From assembly GCA_963696385.1 (NCBI GenBank), contig CAVOKF010000005.1:864001-928000 (forward strand): 64,000 nt of DNA, in the 5' to 3' direction. A program made the translations under genes and the position numbers. Source of the DNA: an uncultured delta proteobacterium (GTDB taxonomy: Bacteria; Myxococcota_A; Polyangia; Polyangiales; Polyangiaceae). The notes beneath the pieces are model-generated. The model was not told the DNA's origin. It was given only the letters and a program-made list of their open reading frames with translations, and searched no databases. Of the stretch, positions 10,806-20,980 are shown piece by piece; the stretch's first letter is position 1; every line of letters starts with the position of its first letter.

Positions 10806-10864
10806 TTCAATCGCCGGGGACCGACGCCCGGGCCTGCGCAGCGAGGGCGGGTGTTCACCCTGCG

Positions 10865-12010
10865 CTACGCACTCAGGCCGACTCGAAAGCAGGCGCCCCG
10901 GCCCGGCGCGCTCCAAACCGAGAACGTGGCGTCCATCCGACGGGCGTACTCGCGGCACAAGGCCAGGCCCATGCCGGTTGCCCCTTCGCTGCGGCGAGTC
11001 GTGAAAAATGGTTCGAAGATCTTGTGGCGGGCGCTGGCCGCGATCCCGGGGCCGTTGTCCCGGACGGATACGATGACGCGGTCGCCCGCACGGTAGACAT
11101 GGTAGCGGACGCGCGCGGCGGGCAGAGACCTCGCTGCCTGCGCGGCGTTCGTCGTCAACTGGAAGACGACTTGCTCGAGCATCGCGGCGTCCGCACGCGC
11201 GGTGAGCGGCTCGATGCAGCTCTCGACTTCGACGCCGCGAAGCGCCTCGGAGGCGCGGTGGATGACCCCGGCCACGACGTCAGCCACGCGAACGGTGTCG
11301 AGCTCGGGAGTCGACCCGTTGACGAACGGTCCGAGGCTTGCCAGAAGCTTCTGCATGCGTGTGACGCTCGAATCGAGGTCCTGAAGCGCAGCCCGGATGA
11401 CTGACCCGTCGAGCCGGCCCTCTCGCGAAAGACGTGCCACGTCGTCGCGGATGAGGTCGAGGTTCATGGCCGCGATGCCGAGAGGGTTTCCGAGCTGATG
11501 GGCGAGGCCCGCGCTGATGCGCCCGACCGACGAGATGTGCACGTCCGAGTCGAGGACGTGCGCGAGCTCGGGCGCCGGAAGGTCGGTGTCGCGCGGCTCG
11601 AGCGCGGCGGAGAGCAATTCGGCGAGCTCGGTGATGTCCCAAGGCTGTTGCACGCACCCGGACGCGCCCGCTTGGCGCGCCTCGGCGGCCCCTTCCGCCG
11701 ACGCGACGATGCCGATGACGGCCGCGTCCGCGCGGGTCATCCGCCGAACGTCCGCCATCCGCTTGTGGGGTTGTTGACGGGCGTCGATAACGACGACTGC
11801 GGCGTCGTCGAGGTGTTCGAAGCCCGTGACAACGAGGTTGAAAGACTGCAATTTTTCGATGAGCTCGCGCGCCCAAGCCTCGTCGTCGGCCGCAAGCGCA
11901 ATCCGTTTGCTCGGCAAGGCGGCCGGGCCAATCAGCGAGTCGGGTTCATCGCCGTGGCGGTCGGACGGTGGCGCCACGCGTCTCGGTAGGGAGCGAAAGG
12001 CGTTGGTCAT
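10865..12010 (-). CDS. Hybrid histidine kinase with degenerate N-terminal receiver
   Basis: H-box AHQLGNPL, N-box QLTTNAAQA, DNGPGI, IFEPFFTT and GMGL; receiver-like IALAADD..VVID..GASGCVQQP. Start codon uncertain. Confidence 0.85.
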   Translation of the reverse strand: MTNAFRSLPRRVAPPSDRHGDEPDSLIGPAALPSKRIALAADDEAWARELIEKLQSFNLVVTGFEHLDDAAVVVIDARQQPHKRMADVRRMTRADAAVIGIVASAEGAAEARQAGASGCVQQPWDITELAELLSAALEPRDTDLPAPELAHVLDSDVHISSVGRISAGLAHQLGNPLGIAAMNLDLIRDDVARLSREGRLDGSVIRAALQDLDSSVTRMQKLLASLGPFVNGSTPELDTVRVADVVAGVIHRASEALRGVEVESCIEPLTARADAAMLEQVVFQLTTNAAQAARSLPAARVRYHVYRAGDRVIVSVRDNGPGIAASARHKIFEPFFTTRRSEGATGMGLALCREYARRMDATFSVWSAPGRGACFRVGLSA

Positions 12011-12246
12011 CCGCGTCAATGGGGGTCGTATGCCCCTCGGCACAGGTACGGCGCGATCGCGCCGTCCATTAAGCAGCCGACCGCGGGCGCCGGAAGCGAC
12101 CGGCGCCAGGAATACCGAGACTCGCCCGATTGTCGGACCGCCGTGCTAGAAGAGGCCGCCTCTCGGCGCCTACCTCGGGTCGAGTGGTTCGAAACATTGA
12201 GTTCGGCTTTCGAATTGCCTATCCCGGCCACGCGCCTAGAGGAACC

Positions 12247-13191
12247 GTGATTCCGAAGGAGCTCCTCGCGGCTCTCCGCGTCATCGAGATCCACACCGCG
12301 CGCCTCGCCAACGAGCAGCTGTCGGGCACCTACAGCTCCAGTTTCAAGGGCCAGGGGCTCGCCTTTCGCGAGGTGCGCCCCTATCAGCCCGGCGACGACG
12401 TCCGGGTGATCGACTGGAACGTTTCGGCGCGAATGAACGACACCTTCGTGAAGGTGTTCGTCGAGGAGCGAGAAATGACCGTCATGCTCGTCGTCGACTT
12501 GTCGGCGAGCGAGCGGTTCGGCACGCGGCGTGCGCCCAAGACTCGAGTCGCCAGCGAAGTCGCCGCTCTGCTGGCTTTCAGCGCGATCCGAAACAACGAC
12601 CGGGTGGGGTTGATCGTGTCCACCGACAAGGTCGAGCGGATCGTCGCCCCAAAAAAGGGCGAGAAGCACGTGATGCGCGTGGTTCGGGAGATTCTCGGCT
12701 TCGAGCCCACCGCGCGCCCGGCCGGTGATCCCGGCTTCGGGCTCGACGATGGCCCTCCGAACCGCTCTCGGATCGGGGCCCGTACCAACCTCAAGGCGGC
12801 GCTCGAGTCGCTCGCCCACGTTTCGCGACGCCGCAGCATCGCCTTCGTCGTGAGCGATTTCTACGACACGGGGTACGAGCGCGCCCTCGCGCTCGCCTCC
12901 GCGAAGCACGACGTCATTCCGGTCGTCTTGGTCGACCCCCGCGATTCGACGCTGCCGAACGTCGGGCTCGCCAGCTTCGAAGACCTCGAGAGCGGGGAGA
13001 GCGTCGTCGTCGACACGGCCGATGCGGCCGTCCGGGCTTGGTACTCGGCCTCCATGAAGAAAATTGCCGAATCGCAGCGCGCGATATTCCACAAGCTCGG
13101 GCTCGATGCCGTCCAGATCGAAACGAGTGGTTCGTTCGTGCGCCCGCTTCGCGATCTCTTCGCGCGGCGTGCCCGGAGGATCCGACGATGA
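12247..13191 (+). CDS. DUF58-family protein (MoxR partner)
   Basis: FKGQGLAFREVRPYQPGDDVRVIDWNVSAR, VKVFVEERE, VDLSAS and VVSDF. Confidence 0.93.
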   Translation: MIPKELLAALRVIEIHTARLANEQLSGTYSSSFKGQGLAFREVRPYQPGDDVRVIDWNVSARMNDTFVKVFVEEREMTVMLVVDLSASERFGTRRAPKTRVASEVAALLAFSAIRNNDRVGLIVSTDKVERIVAPKKGEKHVMRVVREILGFEPTARPAGDPGFGLDDGPPNRSRIGARTNLKAALESLAHVSRRRSIAFVVSDFYDTGYERALALASAKHDVIPVVLVDPRDSTLPNVGLASFEDLESGESVVVDTADAAVRAWYSASMKKIAESQRAIFHKLGLDAVQIETSGSFVRPLRDLFARRARRIRR

Positions 13192-14258
13192 ACGCGCGTG
13201 GACGCATCGCCGCGGCGCTGTGCGGCGCGGCACTGGCCGGGGCCGCCGGGGTCGCCCGGGCGGAATGCGTAGAAACGGCGCCTTCCGGGCCGGATCGGCC
13301 GCAACTCACCGACACGTTCCCCAGCCGCGGGACGAGCGGCTACTCGGCCACGTTGCATGTCGTCGTCTCGCATGGCCGCGGCGAGACGGTCCTGCCGCGA
13401 GGGCTCGAGCTGCAGAGCGAGAGCGACGCTGCGCGAACGCTGAAGGTCGCGGGGTTCGCCTTGCCCGATCAAGAAGCCGGCGCCGGGGCGCGTCTGTCGA
13501 GCGGCGACGCCGACGGCAGCGGCGGCAAGACCGGACGCCGGCGGACGACGCTCGATCTGCCGCTGCTCGCGCTGCCGAGCGAGCCGGGACGCCGGACGCT
13601 GACGCTGCCTCCGCTTCCGGTCGCGATTGCCCGCGCCAATGGAGACGTCGTGACTCTCTGCACGGCATCCCATACTCTCGTCGTCGACGATCCGACCGCT
13701 TCGACCCCGAACGCGCAGCCGAAGCCCAATCCGCCGCCGCGGGCTCAGCGCGAGGAATGGGTCGTCCTCGAGCGCGCGCTCTTTTGGGGGATCCTGGGCG
13801 TTGCCGTCGGCTCGCTCTTGGCTTGGCTCGTCGTTCGATGGGTCAAACGACCCCGGCCCGTGCCCCCGCCTCCGCCGCCGCGGGTTCCCTGGGAGCTCGC
13901 GCTCGAGAGGCTCGACGAGGTACGCCACGCCGGATTGCTCGAGACGCATCGGTTCTCGGACTTCTTCGACCGGGTCAACGACGCCGTGCGCGAGTACCTT
14001 GGGGCGCGGTTCGGATTCGATGGGCTCGAGTCGACGACCGACGAGATCCTCGTGGCCTTGCGCGGCATCCCGCACTTCTCGCTACCGCTTCCGGAGCTCG
14101 CGGCCTTCTTGCAACAGTGCGACCTCGTCAAGTTCGCCGATTGGACGCCGGCGCTCGAGGAGTGTCAGCGAACGCTGCTCCAAGCCGAGCGCATCGTACG
14201 CACGACCATGCCGCCGGCGCGCGACCCGTCCACGGTTCCGATGGAGGCTCGCGTATGA
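13188..14258 (+). CDS. Bat-operon membrane protein (DUF4381/BatD-like)
   Basis: ATGA overlap with DUF58; signal peptide, one TM, PPPPRVPWELALERL, VREYLGARF..ESTTDE and DLVKFA. Confidence 0.8.
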   Translation: MNARGRIAAALCGAALAGAAGVARAECVETAPSGPDRPQLTDTFPSRGTSGYSATLHVVVSHGRGETVLPRGLELQSESDAARTLKVAGFALPDQEAGAGARLSSGDADGSGGKTGRRRTTLDLPLLALPSEPGRRTLTLPPLPVAIARANGDVVTLCTASHTLVVDDPTASTPNAQPKPNPPPRAQREEWVVLERALFWGILGVAVGSLLAWLVVRWVKRPRPVPPPPPPRVPWELALERLDEVRHAGLLETHRFSDFFDRVNDAVREYLGARFGFDGLESTTDEILVALRGIPHFSLPLPELAAFLQQCDLVKFADWTPALEECQRTLLQAERIVRTTMPPARDPSTVPMEARV

Positions 14259-15483
14259 GCCGGGTGCCTGCGCGCTGGGTGCGCGGGGGCGTCGTCGCCC
14301 TCGCGACGGTTGCGACGCTCGCGATCGCTTTGGTTGGGCCCGCGGTCGCGCGCGGCGAAGCGTGGCAGTCCGCCCGATGGACCGCGTGGCCCGGGGTCTT
14401 GGGCCCGCACCCTTCGACGGCGGATGCGCTCGCGTGGTTCGCGCGAGTCGGTTGGTGCGCGGTTCTCGGTGCGGCGTTACTTGCCGTTCCGTACGTCGTC
14501 TGGCGCATGACTCTCGGCGCGGACGCGCGCGTGCCCCGTCTCGGCGTGCCGATGATCGCTCCCATGACCCTCGGACCGCGGGGGATCCGTACCCCGTTGC
14601 GCGACGCCCCGGGCGTGCTGCGGGGCGCGGCGTTGGTTCTTGCGGTCTTGGCGCTTGCGCGTCCCCAAAGTGTGCTTCGCAGCGAGACCGAGGAGGAGAA
14701 GGGCATCGACATCGTCCTCGTGCTCGACTTGTCCGGTTCGATGAGGGCCATCATGGACGCCCCTCGGCGGATCTGCCACCCGGTGGCGGCGCAGGCGCGC
14801 GCAAACGCCCCACGCGCCTCGACGTGGCCAAGGACGTGCTGATCGATTTCGTCCGGCGTAGAAAGACCGATCGCATCGGGGTGGTCGTCTTCGCGACGCG
14901 TGCCTTCGTCTTGTCCCCGCCGACTCTGGACTACGGTCTCATCGCGTCGCTCGTGTCCCGCATCGAGATGGGCGCCATCGACGGCAGCAAGACCGCCATC
15001 GGCGACGCCGTCGGCACCGCGGTGGCGCGCGTGCGCCGGAGCGATGCCCGAAGCAAAGCGATCGTGCTCTTGACCGATGGCGACTCGAACGAAGGGATCA
15101 TTTCGCCCGAGTACTCGGCCCGCCTCGCGAAAAAGGAAGGCGTTCGCGTTTACACCGTTCAGATCGGCAACGGGGACATCGCCGAGCTCGAGACGGGGAC
15201 GGATCTCTTCGGACAACCCGTTTTCTCGCGGGTGCGCTTCCCCGTGAATCCCGATCTGCTCCAATCGATGGCGCGTGAGACGGGCGGCGAGGCGTTCATC
15301 GCCACCGACAAGTCCGGGCTGGAAAGCAGCATGCATTCCATCCTGGACCATCTGGAAAAGACGAAGTTCGAATCGCAAGCCGCGGCGATGGAAGACCTTT
15401 TTCCTTTCTTGTTGGTGCCCGCCGTGATCCTGGTCGCCTTCGAAGCCCTCGTGCGGCTCGCGCTCGTGCGGAGGTTTCCGTGA
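14255..15483 (+). CDS. batA: BatA-like VWA membrane protein, one -1 frameshift in the C-run at 14760-14763 (likely read error)
   Basis: LALARPQ, GIDIVLVLDLSGSM in the first frame; TRLDVAK, DRIGVVVF, TAIGDA, LLTDGDSN and ARETGG in the second frame. Confidence 0.85.
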
Positions 15484-16532
15484 GGTGGGGTCACGACTTC
15501 GGATCCGCGGCGGGCATTGTCGTGGCCGTCTTTTGCGCGCTCGCATTCGTCGCCTACGCGGGCGCCGTCGGGTGGGCGAGCCTGCAGCATGGGCGCTCGG
15601 TGCGGGCGTTCGGCGAGCCCAAGGTGGTCGCTCCACTGATGACGTATGACGCCACGGGCCGGCGCGCCGTCAAGGGGGTGCTCCTCGTGCTCGCGATGCT
15701 GTGCGCATTCGTCGCACTGTCGCGCCCCAAGTTCGGCAGCGGGACCAAGATCGTTCCGGCCACGAACCTCGATGTCATCGTGGTGTTGGACTACTCGAAG
15801 AGCATGTACGCGCGCGACATCGTGCCGAGTCGGATTGCGCGCGCGAAGGCCGAGGTGGCCCGGCTGATCCGCGACTTGCCGGGGGCGCGTTTCGGGGCGG
15901 TGGCGTTCGCGGGTGAACCGATGAGTTTCCCGTTGACGAGCGACGGCGCGGCCATCGCTCAGTTCTTTCGGCAGCTCGAACCGAACGACATGCCGGTCGG
16001 AGGAACCGCGACCGCCCGCGCGCTCGAAGCGGCGCGTGAAGTCTTCGCACGCGATCCGAAATCGCGGGACCACGTACGGGTGATCGTGCTCGTCACCGAC
16101 GGTGAGGATCTCGAGGGCGATCCGGCGGCGGTTGCCGAGAGCTGCGCAAAGGAAGGGACACGGATCGATGTCGTTCAGATCGGCGGCCGCACCCCGGAGG
16201 TAATTCCCGACGTGGGGGCGGACGGTAAGGTCAACGGCATTCGCCGCGGCGACGACGGCAAACCGCTGACGACCGAGCTCTCCGCGGACGGCGAAGCTCA
16301 GCTGACGCGCGTCGCCCAGGTGACCGGCGGAACGATCGTGCGCGCCGAGCATGGCGAAACGGGCATCGACCAAGTCGCGCGAGAGCTTCAGAGGATGATG
16401 CGCGAAGAGCTAAGCGAAAAGGTGCAGACGGTGTATGCAGAGGAGTATGCGTGGCCGCTCGGTCTCGCGGTCGCGCTTCTCCTGTGCGAGGCGCTGGTCG
16501 CGGAGGCCCCTCGGCGGAGGCGACCCGCATGA
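15480..16532 (+). CDS. batB: BatB-like VWA membrane protein
   Basis: ALSRPKFG, VLDYSKSMYARDIVPSRIARAK, FPLTSD and LVTDGED; GTGA overlap. Confidence 0.88.
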   Translation: MRWGHDFGSAAGIVVAVFCALAFVAYAGAVGWASLQHGRSVRAFGEPKVVAPLMTYDATGRRAVKGVLLVLAMLCAFVALSRPKFGSGTKIVPATNLDVIVVLDYSKSMYARDIVPSRIARAKAEVARLIRDLPGARFGAVAFAGEPMSFPLTSDGAAIAQFFRQLEPNDMPVGGTATARALEAAREVFARDPKSRDHVRVIVLVTDGEDLEGDPAAVAESCAKEGTRIDVVQIGGRTPEVIPDVGADGKVNGIRRGDDGKPLTTELSADGEAQLTRVAQVTGGTIVRAEHGETGIDQVARELQRMMREELSEKVQTVYAEEYAWPLGLAVALLLCEALVAEAPRRRRPA

Positions 16533-17449
16533 GGCGCCTAGCGCGGGCAACGCTCGCCGCATCGGCGTGGATGACGGGCGCGTGCACGCTCAATCCCGTC
16601 CGACCGTTCGAGCGCGAGGCGCCGGCCGTGGTCGAGGCGATCGCCGCCCTCGATGCGGGCGACGCCGCTTCGGCGGCGGCGAAGCTCGAGGAGTATCTGT
16701 CGACCGGAGCGTGCAAGGATGGCAGCATCGGCACGCCGAGCGGTCTCGCGCGGCGCGCCGACGGCACGTTTGACCTTGGGCTCGCGCTCTTCCGGATCGG
16801 AGAGCAATTTGGGCGTCGCTTCGGCGACGAGGAGATCGACGCGGGGGTTAGCGAGGCGGCCCGTGCTCAGCGACACGCCCAGATCACGTGCGCACGACGA
16901 CTCGTCGAAGCGATCGCCGACGAGTACGGGTCGGAACTGCGTGCGCGCGCCCGGTACTTGGAAGGCAATCTCGCGTTCCTCGATGGCGAATACGAGGAAG
17001 CCGTCCGGGCCTACGACCGGGCCCTCGTCGTCGCACCGGGTCAGGCCGACGGGGGCGAGCAGGTCGGGCGAGATGCCGCGTGGAACCGCGCGATCGCCCT
17101 GCGCCGCATCGAAGACCGGCTGGATTCCGGTACTCCGGATGCATCCGGCGACGCATCGCCGAAGGGCGACGCCGGTCGCGACGGAGGCGACGATCGCCCC
17201 AACGACGCCGGTCACGAAGGCGGATCGGGCGCCGAGGACGGCGGGGGTCCGGACGCGGGCAGCGACGCAGCCGAGCCACCTCCGCCTGGTCCCGACGGAG
17301 GGGATCGGCCGCCCGAAGCGGGCGCCGCGCCGCCCGCCACCGATCAGGACGAGCGAATGCTCGACCAGCTGGAAAACGCGCCGACGCTTCAACAAGAGGA
17401 GGCAAAGCGCGCCGGCAAGAAGCGAGTGCGAGGTATGGTCGACAAATGA
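16529..17449 (+). CDS. batC: BatC-like TPR protein
   Basis: ARYLEGNLAFLDGEYEEAVRAYDRAL..DAAWNRAIA TPR, low-complexity linker and ERMLDQLE tail; position in operon. Confidence 0.7.
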   Translation: MRRLARATLAASAWMTGACTLNPVRPFEREAPAVVEAIAALDAGDAASAAAKLEEYLSTGACKDGSIGTPSGLARRADGTFDLGLALFRIGEQFGRRFGDEEIDAGVSEAARAQRHAQITCARRLVEAIADEYGSELRARARYLEGNLAFLDGEYEEAVRAYDRALVVAPGQADGGEQVGRDAAWNRAIALRRIEDRLDSGTPDASGDASPKGDAGRDGGDDRPNDAGHEGGSGAEDGGGPDAGSDAAEPPPPGPDGGDRPPEAGAAPPATDQDERMLDQLENAPTLQQEEAKRAGKKRVRGMVDK

Positions 17450-19323
17450 AGTGGTGGCCCGTGCTCCTGGCGTTCGGCCTCGGCACCGGCCTGACGCACT
17501 CCGCCTCGGCCGACAGCCCGCCGCTGGTTCAGGTGCAAGTCGACGCATCCGTCGTGGGTGTGGGCGACACGATCCACGTCCAGCTGAGCGCGACGAGCTC
17601 CGATGCGATGCCGAGCGATCCGCGGCTGGGAGCGACTCCCGGGTTCATCGTTCGAGGCCAAAACCAGTCGTCGCAGACGCAAATCAACATCGGCGGTACG
17701 GCGACCGAACGCTACACGCTCATCGTCGACTGGCAGATCCAGGCCGAGCGAACGGGGTCGTTTTCAATCGGGCCCCCGAGCGTTGCCATTCACGGAGCTC
17801 GCTACGCCTCGCGTTCCATCGCGCTGCGGGTGGTACCGGCGGGTCAGGCCCCGGCGCCCAAAACGCAGCCCGCTCCGCAACAGTCGCCCTTCGGCTTGTC
17901 GCCTTTCGACCCGTGGCGCGGGCTGTTTCCAGACTTTGGCAATGCCCCCGAGCCCGCGGCACCGCCCGTAGCCGTCGACCCCAAGCTCGCGCTCGACGCA
18001 CCACGCGACTCGGTCTACTTTCTGCGCGCCACCATCGACAAGGCGGCGGCGGTCGTGGGCGAGCAGGTCACGCTCAACGTCTACGAATACCTCGACATGT
18101 CGAGCGGTAGCTTCGAACGTGAAGAGGACCACGACCCGCAGGTCGCTGATTTCGTGAAGCACTCGCTGATCCGCGACGATCAGGATGCGCCGCTCGTCGG
18201 CTATGCGTCGATCGGCGGGCGAACGTGGCGCGTCACTCTCGCCCGGCGCTGGGCGTTGTTCCCGTTGCAGGTGGGGGACCTCGTCATCGGCCCAATGAGC
18301 GTCACCATCAGCCCGGCCCACCAACGCGGCAACGGAGCCTTCAAGCGGACGAGCGAGGCGTTGCACGTGCGCGTGAGCGAGCCCCCGATCGCCCGAAGGC
18401 CGCCGGGCTACGCGCTGGGCGACGTCGGACGATTCTCGCTGCGGGCCCAGGTCGATCCCCGAGACGTTCCGCAGGGTGGCGCGATCGGAGTCCACGTCGA
18501 GCTGGCAGGTACGGGCAACCCGCCAAGCGCGTTGACTCCTCCGGCGACCGACGGCGTCGAGTGGCTTTCTCCGGAAGTCCACGACGAACTGGGGACCGTC
18601 GGACACGATGCCTACGGGGGGAAGCGATCCTTCGACTTCGTCGTGCGCCTCAAGCGGGCCGGGGACATCCAGCTCGGGCAACTCACATGGCCGTATTGGG
18701 ACCCCGAGCAGAAGAAGTACGAACTGGCCCGCGCCGCCCTAGGTGTCGTGCACGTCTCTCCGTCGGCGTCGGCCAAGGATCAGCCCGCCGCCTCCGCGCC
18801 CGACCTCTTGCCTGGGCTGCCGTCGCTGCGCGACGTCCTCGAAGGAACCCCCGCCGCGCGCAGGCACTGGGACGACTCCCCCGTCTTCTGGTTCGCCGCC
18901 GTGCTCGGCTGGCCTTTGCTCCTCGGAGCAACGATGGGGGCGATCGCGGCGGGGAAGAGGTTGAGGCTCGCACTGCGCGGACGCGCGACCTCACCCGCGG
19001 CGGAGCTGCGCGAGCGCATCGCCGCAGCGCGCGAAGCCTGCCGCGGCGAGGACGCGCGGGGCGCCGATGCGGCTATCGCGCGAGCCCTCGAAGCGGCCAC
19101 CGTCGCCAGCGCCGGCGTGAGCGTCCGCGGCGCGGTAGGCGACCAGGTCGTCCGTCGGCTCGAGAGCGCCGGAGTCGACAGCGGCTCCGCGTTGCGCGTC
19201 GCCGAGCTGCTGCGAGAGTGCGAAGCGGCCCGGTTTGCGCCGGAGGCGGTCGACGTGGCCCAGGCGCGCGACCGTTGGGACAGGGCCCAGCAGGCGATCC
19301 GACACCTCGAGAGGACCGCATGA
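17446..19323 (+). CDS. batD: BatD-family protein
   Basis: Signal peptide; Ig-like repeats (VGVGDTIHVQL, VVGEQVTLNV, ALFPLQVGDLVIGP, GDVGRFSL, GTGN, YWDPEQKKY); one TM. Confidence 0.85.
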   Translation: MKWWPVLLAFGLGTGLTHSASADSPPLVQVQVDASVVGVGDTIHVQLSATSSDAMPSDPRLGATPGFIVRGQNQSSQTQINIGGTATERYTLIVDWQIQAERTGSFSIGPPSVAIHGARYASRSIALRVVPAGQAPAPKTQPAPQQSPFGLSPFDPWRGLFPDFGNAPEPAAPPVAVDPKLALDAPRDSVYFLRATIDKAAAVVGEQVTLNVYEYLDMSSGSFEREEDHDPQVADFVKHSLIRDDQDAPLVGYASIGGRTWRVTLARRWALFPLQVGDLVIGPMSVTISPAHQRGNGAFKRTSEALHVRVSEPPIARRPPGYALGDVGRFSLRAQVDPRDVPQGGAIGVHVELAGTGNPPSALTPPATDGVEWLSPEVHDELGTVGHDAYGGKRSFDFVVRLKRAGDIQLGQLTWPYWDPEQKKYELARAALGVVHVSPSASAKDQPAASAPDLLPGLPSLRDVLEGTPAARRHWDDSPVFWFAAVLGWPLLLGATMGAIAAGKRLRLALRGRATSPAAELRERIAAAREACRGEDARGADAAIARALEAATVASAGVSVRGAVGDQVVRRLESAGVDSGSALRVAELLRECEAARFAPEAVDVAQARDRWDRAQQAIRHLERTA

Positions 19324-20156
19324 TCCGCTGCGTGCCGATCGTGCTGATCGTCGGGGCCGGCCTCGCCTTCGCTCCGCGAGGGGCCCAGGCCACCGAGAAC
19401 CCCGACGACGAATCGGCGAGCCTTTTCGCTCTGGGCATCAAGGCGTTGCACGACGGGCGCGCCGGCGATGCAATCAACGCCTTCGAGGCGTTTGCGGATC
19501 AGGGTGGGGTCGACGCGACCGCGAGCTACGACCGGGGTTTGGCGTACGCGATGCGCGTGCACATCGGCGCCGAGAAGCCCGGCGACCTCGGCCGCGCGGC
19601 TCAAGGTTTTGAGGAAGCCCGATCGCTGTCGCACGATCGACGGGCCGTCGACGACGCCTCGCGCGCGCTCGATGCCGTTCGCAGCGAAGTGGCGCGGCGG
19701 CGGCTGCGCGCGGGGCAACCCGCCGACGTCGATGCCGGCCGGTCGCTCGCGCGTGCGGTCGCGGGGCTCGTGAGTGAGGACGCGTGGGCCGCGCTGTGCG
19801 TCGTGGCGTCCATGGCTTTCGCCGCCGGGCTGCTCATTCGTCTCCGGGTAAGCGGGCCCCGCCTGCGCGTCGGCGGTGGGGTCACGGCCGGCGTGGCGGT
19901 CCCAGCGCTCGCGCTCGCGGTCGCGATGACGCTTGCGGCGCGCCACGACCGATTGGAGCTACGGGAAGCGGTGGTCGTTGCGCCCGGGACCCGCCCGACC
20001 GACGAACGTGGAATCGTCCTTCCAGGCGCCACCTCACTCCCCGAGGGAGCGCTCGTCGAGGTGATCGATGAGCGCGGCACGTCCACCCGGGTGCGATTCG
20101 GCGCCGTCGACGTGTGGGTGGCGTCGACCGCTCTTCGCGCTCTAGCGCGCTCGTAG
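19320..20156 (+). CDS. batE: BatE-like TPR/TM/SH3 protein
   Basis: N-terminal TPR (ASYDRGLAY..LGRA), two TMs and a C-terminal LPEGALVEV..WV SH3-like motif. Confidence 0.75.
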   Translation: MIRCVPIVLIVGAGLAFAPRGAQATENPDDESASLFALGIKALHDGRAGDAINAFEAFADQGGVDATASYDRGLAYAMRVHIGAEKPGDLGRAAQGFEEARSLSHDRRAVDDASRALDAVRSEVARRRLRAGQPADVDAGRSLARAVAGLVSEDAWAALCVVASMAFAAGLLIRLRVSGPRLRVGGGVTAGVAVPALALAVAMTLAARHDRLELREAVVVAPGTRPTDERGIVLPGATSLPEGALVEVIDERGTSTRVRFGAVDVWVASTALRALARS

Positions 20157-20167
20157 GAACGCGCCGG

Positions 20168-20980
20168 TCAGTTTTGCACGAGCTTCATCCCGCCCGCTAT
20201 GAGAGGTTGCACGGGCGTGATGTCGCTCACCGGCGTGTCGGCGATGTAAAGAAACTTGAGCTTCTTGAGCGACACCAACGGCGCAAGGTTCTTTACCTGT
20301 GTTTTTTTGATGCTGAGGCGCTCGAGCTTTTTCAGATTGGCGATGGGGGTCAAATCCGAGATCGAATCTTCGTCCAGCATGAGCTCGGTCAGGTTGACGA
20401 GCGATCCAACCGACTTCAACTCTTCGTCTCCGATGAGCGTGTGAGCCAGATCCAATCGGTCGAGGCGCTTGAGGCCCTCGATCGGTCGCAGGTCCTTCAC
20501 CGGGCTGCTCGCGACACGAAGCGACTCGAGCGTCGTGAGCTTCTGGATCGGAGTCAGATCTTCGTATTCGCCCGGTCCGAAGAAGAGGTCTTTGAGCGAC
20601 GTGAACATGGGGAAGATGCACGGGTCGATCTGGTGAATCTGAAGGCTGCCCTGCGCGCCCGACAGGTTGATCGATTTGACGAGTGCCAAATCCGACACGG
20701 CGATCGGCCCTTTGTCCTTGCCGAGCTTGCGCCGCACTTCGTGCTCGAGCGTCGCGTCGTTGCCGAAGTCGACGGTGGCCGAATGCGCCGGGCAGTCGGT
20801 GGCAAGCTTCTTCTTCCAAATGGGTGCGGGCGGGGCCACCGGAGGTGTCGGCAACGGAGGCACGCTCGCCAAGGCCGCGGCCGATGTGGTCGTCGACGGC
20901 GACGGCGCGTGGGTGTCCGGTTGGTCGCAGGCGGCGAGCGGGAGCAGCAGCAACAGCGGGATCGCTCTCGTCAAGGTCAT
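20168..20980 (-). CDS. Leucine-rich-repeat (internalin-like) lipoprotein
   Basis: Lipobox LAAC; repeated L..L..L.L....I.DL.P units. Confidence 0.88.
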   Translation of the reverse strand: MTLTRAIPLLLLLPLAACDQPDTHAPSPSTTTSAAALASVPPLPTPPVAPPAPIWKKKLATDCPAHSATVDFGNDATLEHEVRRKLGKDKGPIAVSDLALVKSINLSGAQGSLQIHQIDPCIFPMFTSLKDLFFGPGEYEDLTPIQKLTTLESLRVASSPVKDLRPIEGLKRLDRLDLAHTLIGDEELKSVGSLVNLTELMLDEDSISDLTPIANLKKLERLSIKKTQVKNLAPLVSLKKLKFLYIADTPVSDITPVQPLIAGGMKLVQN

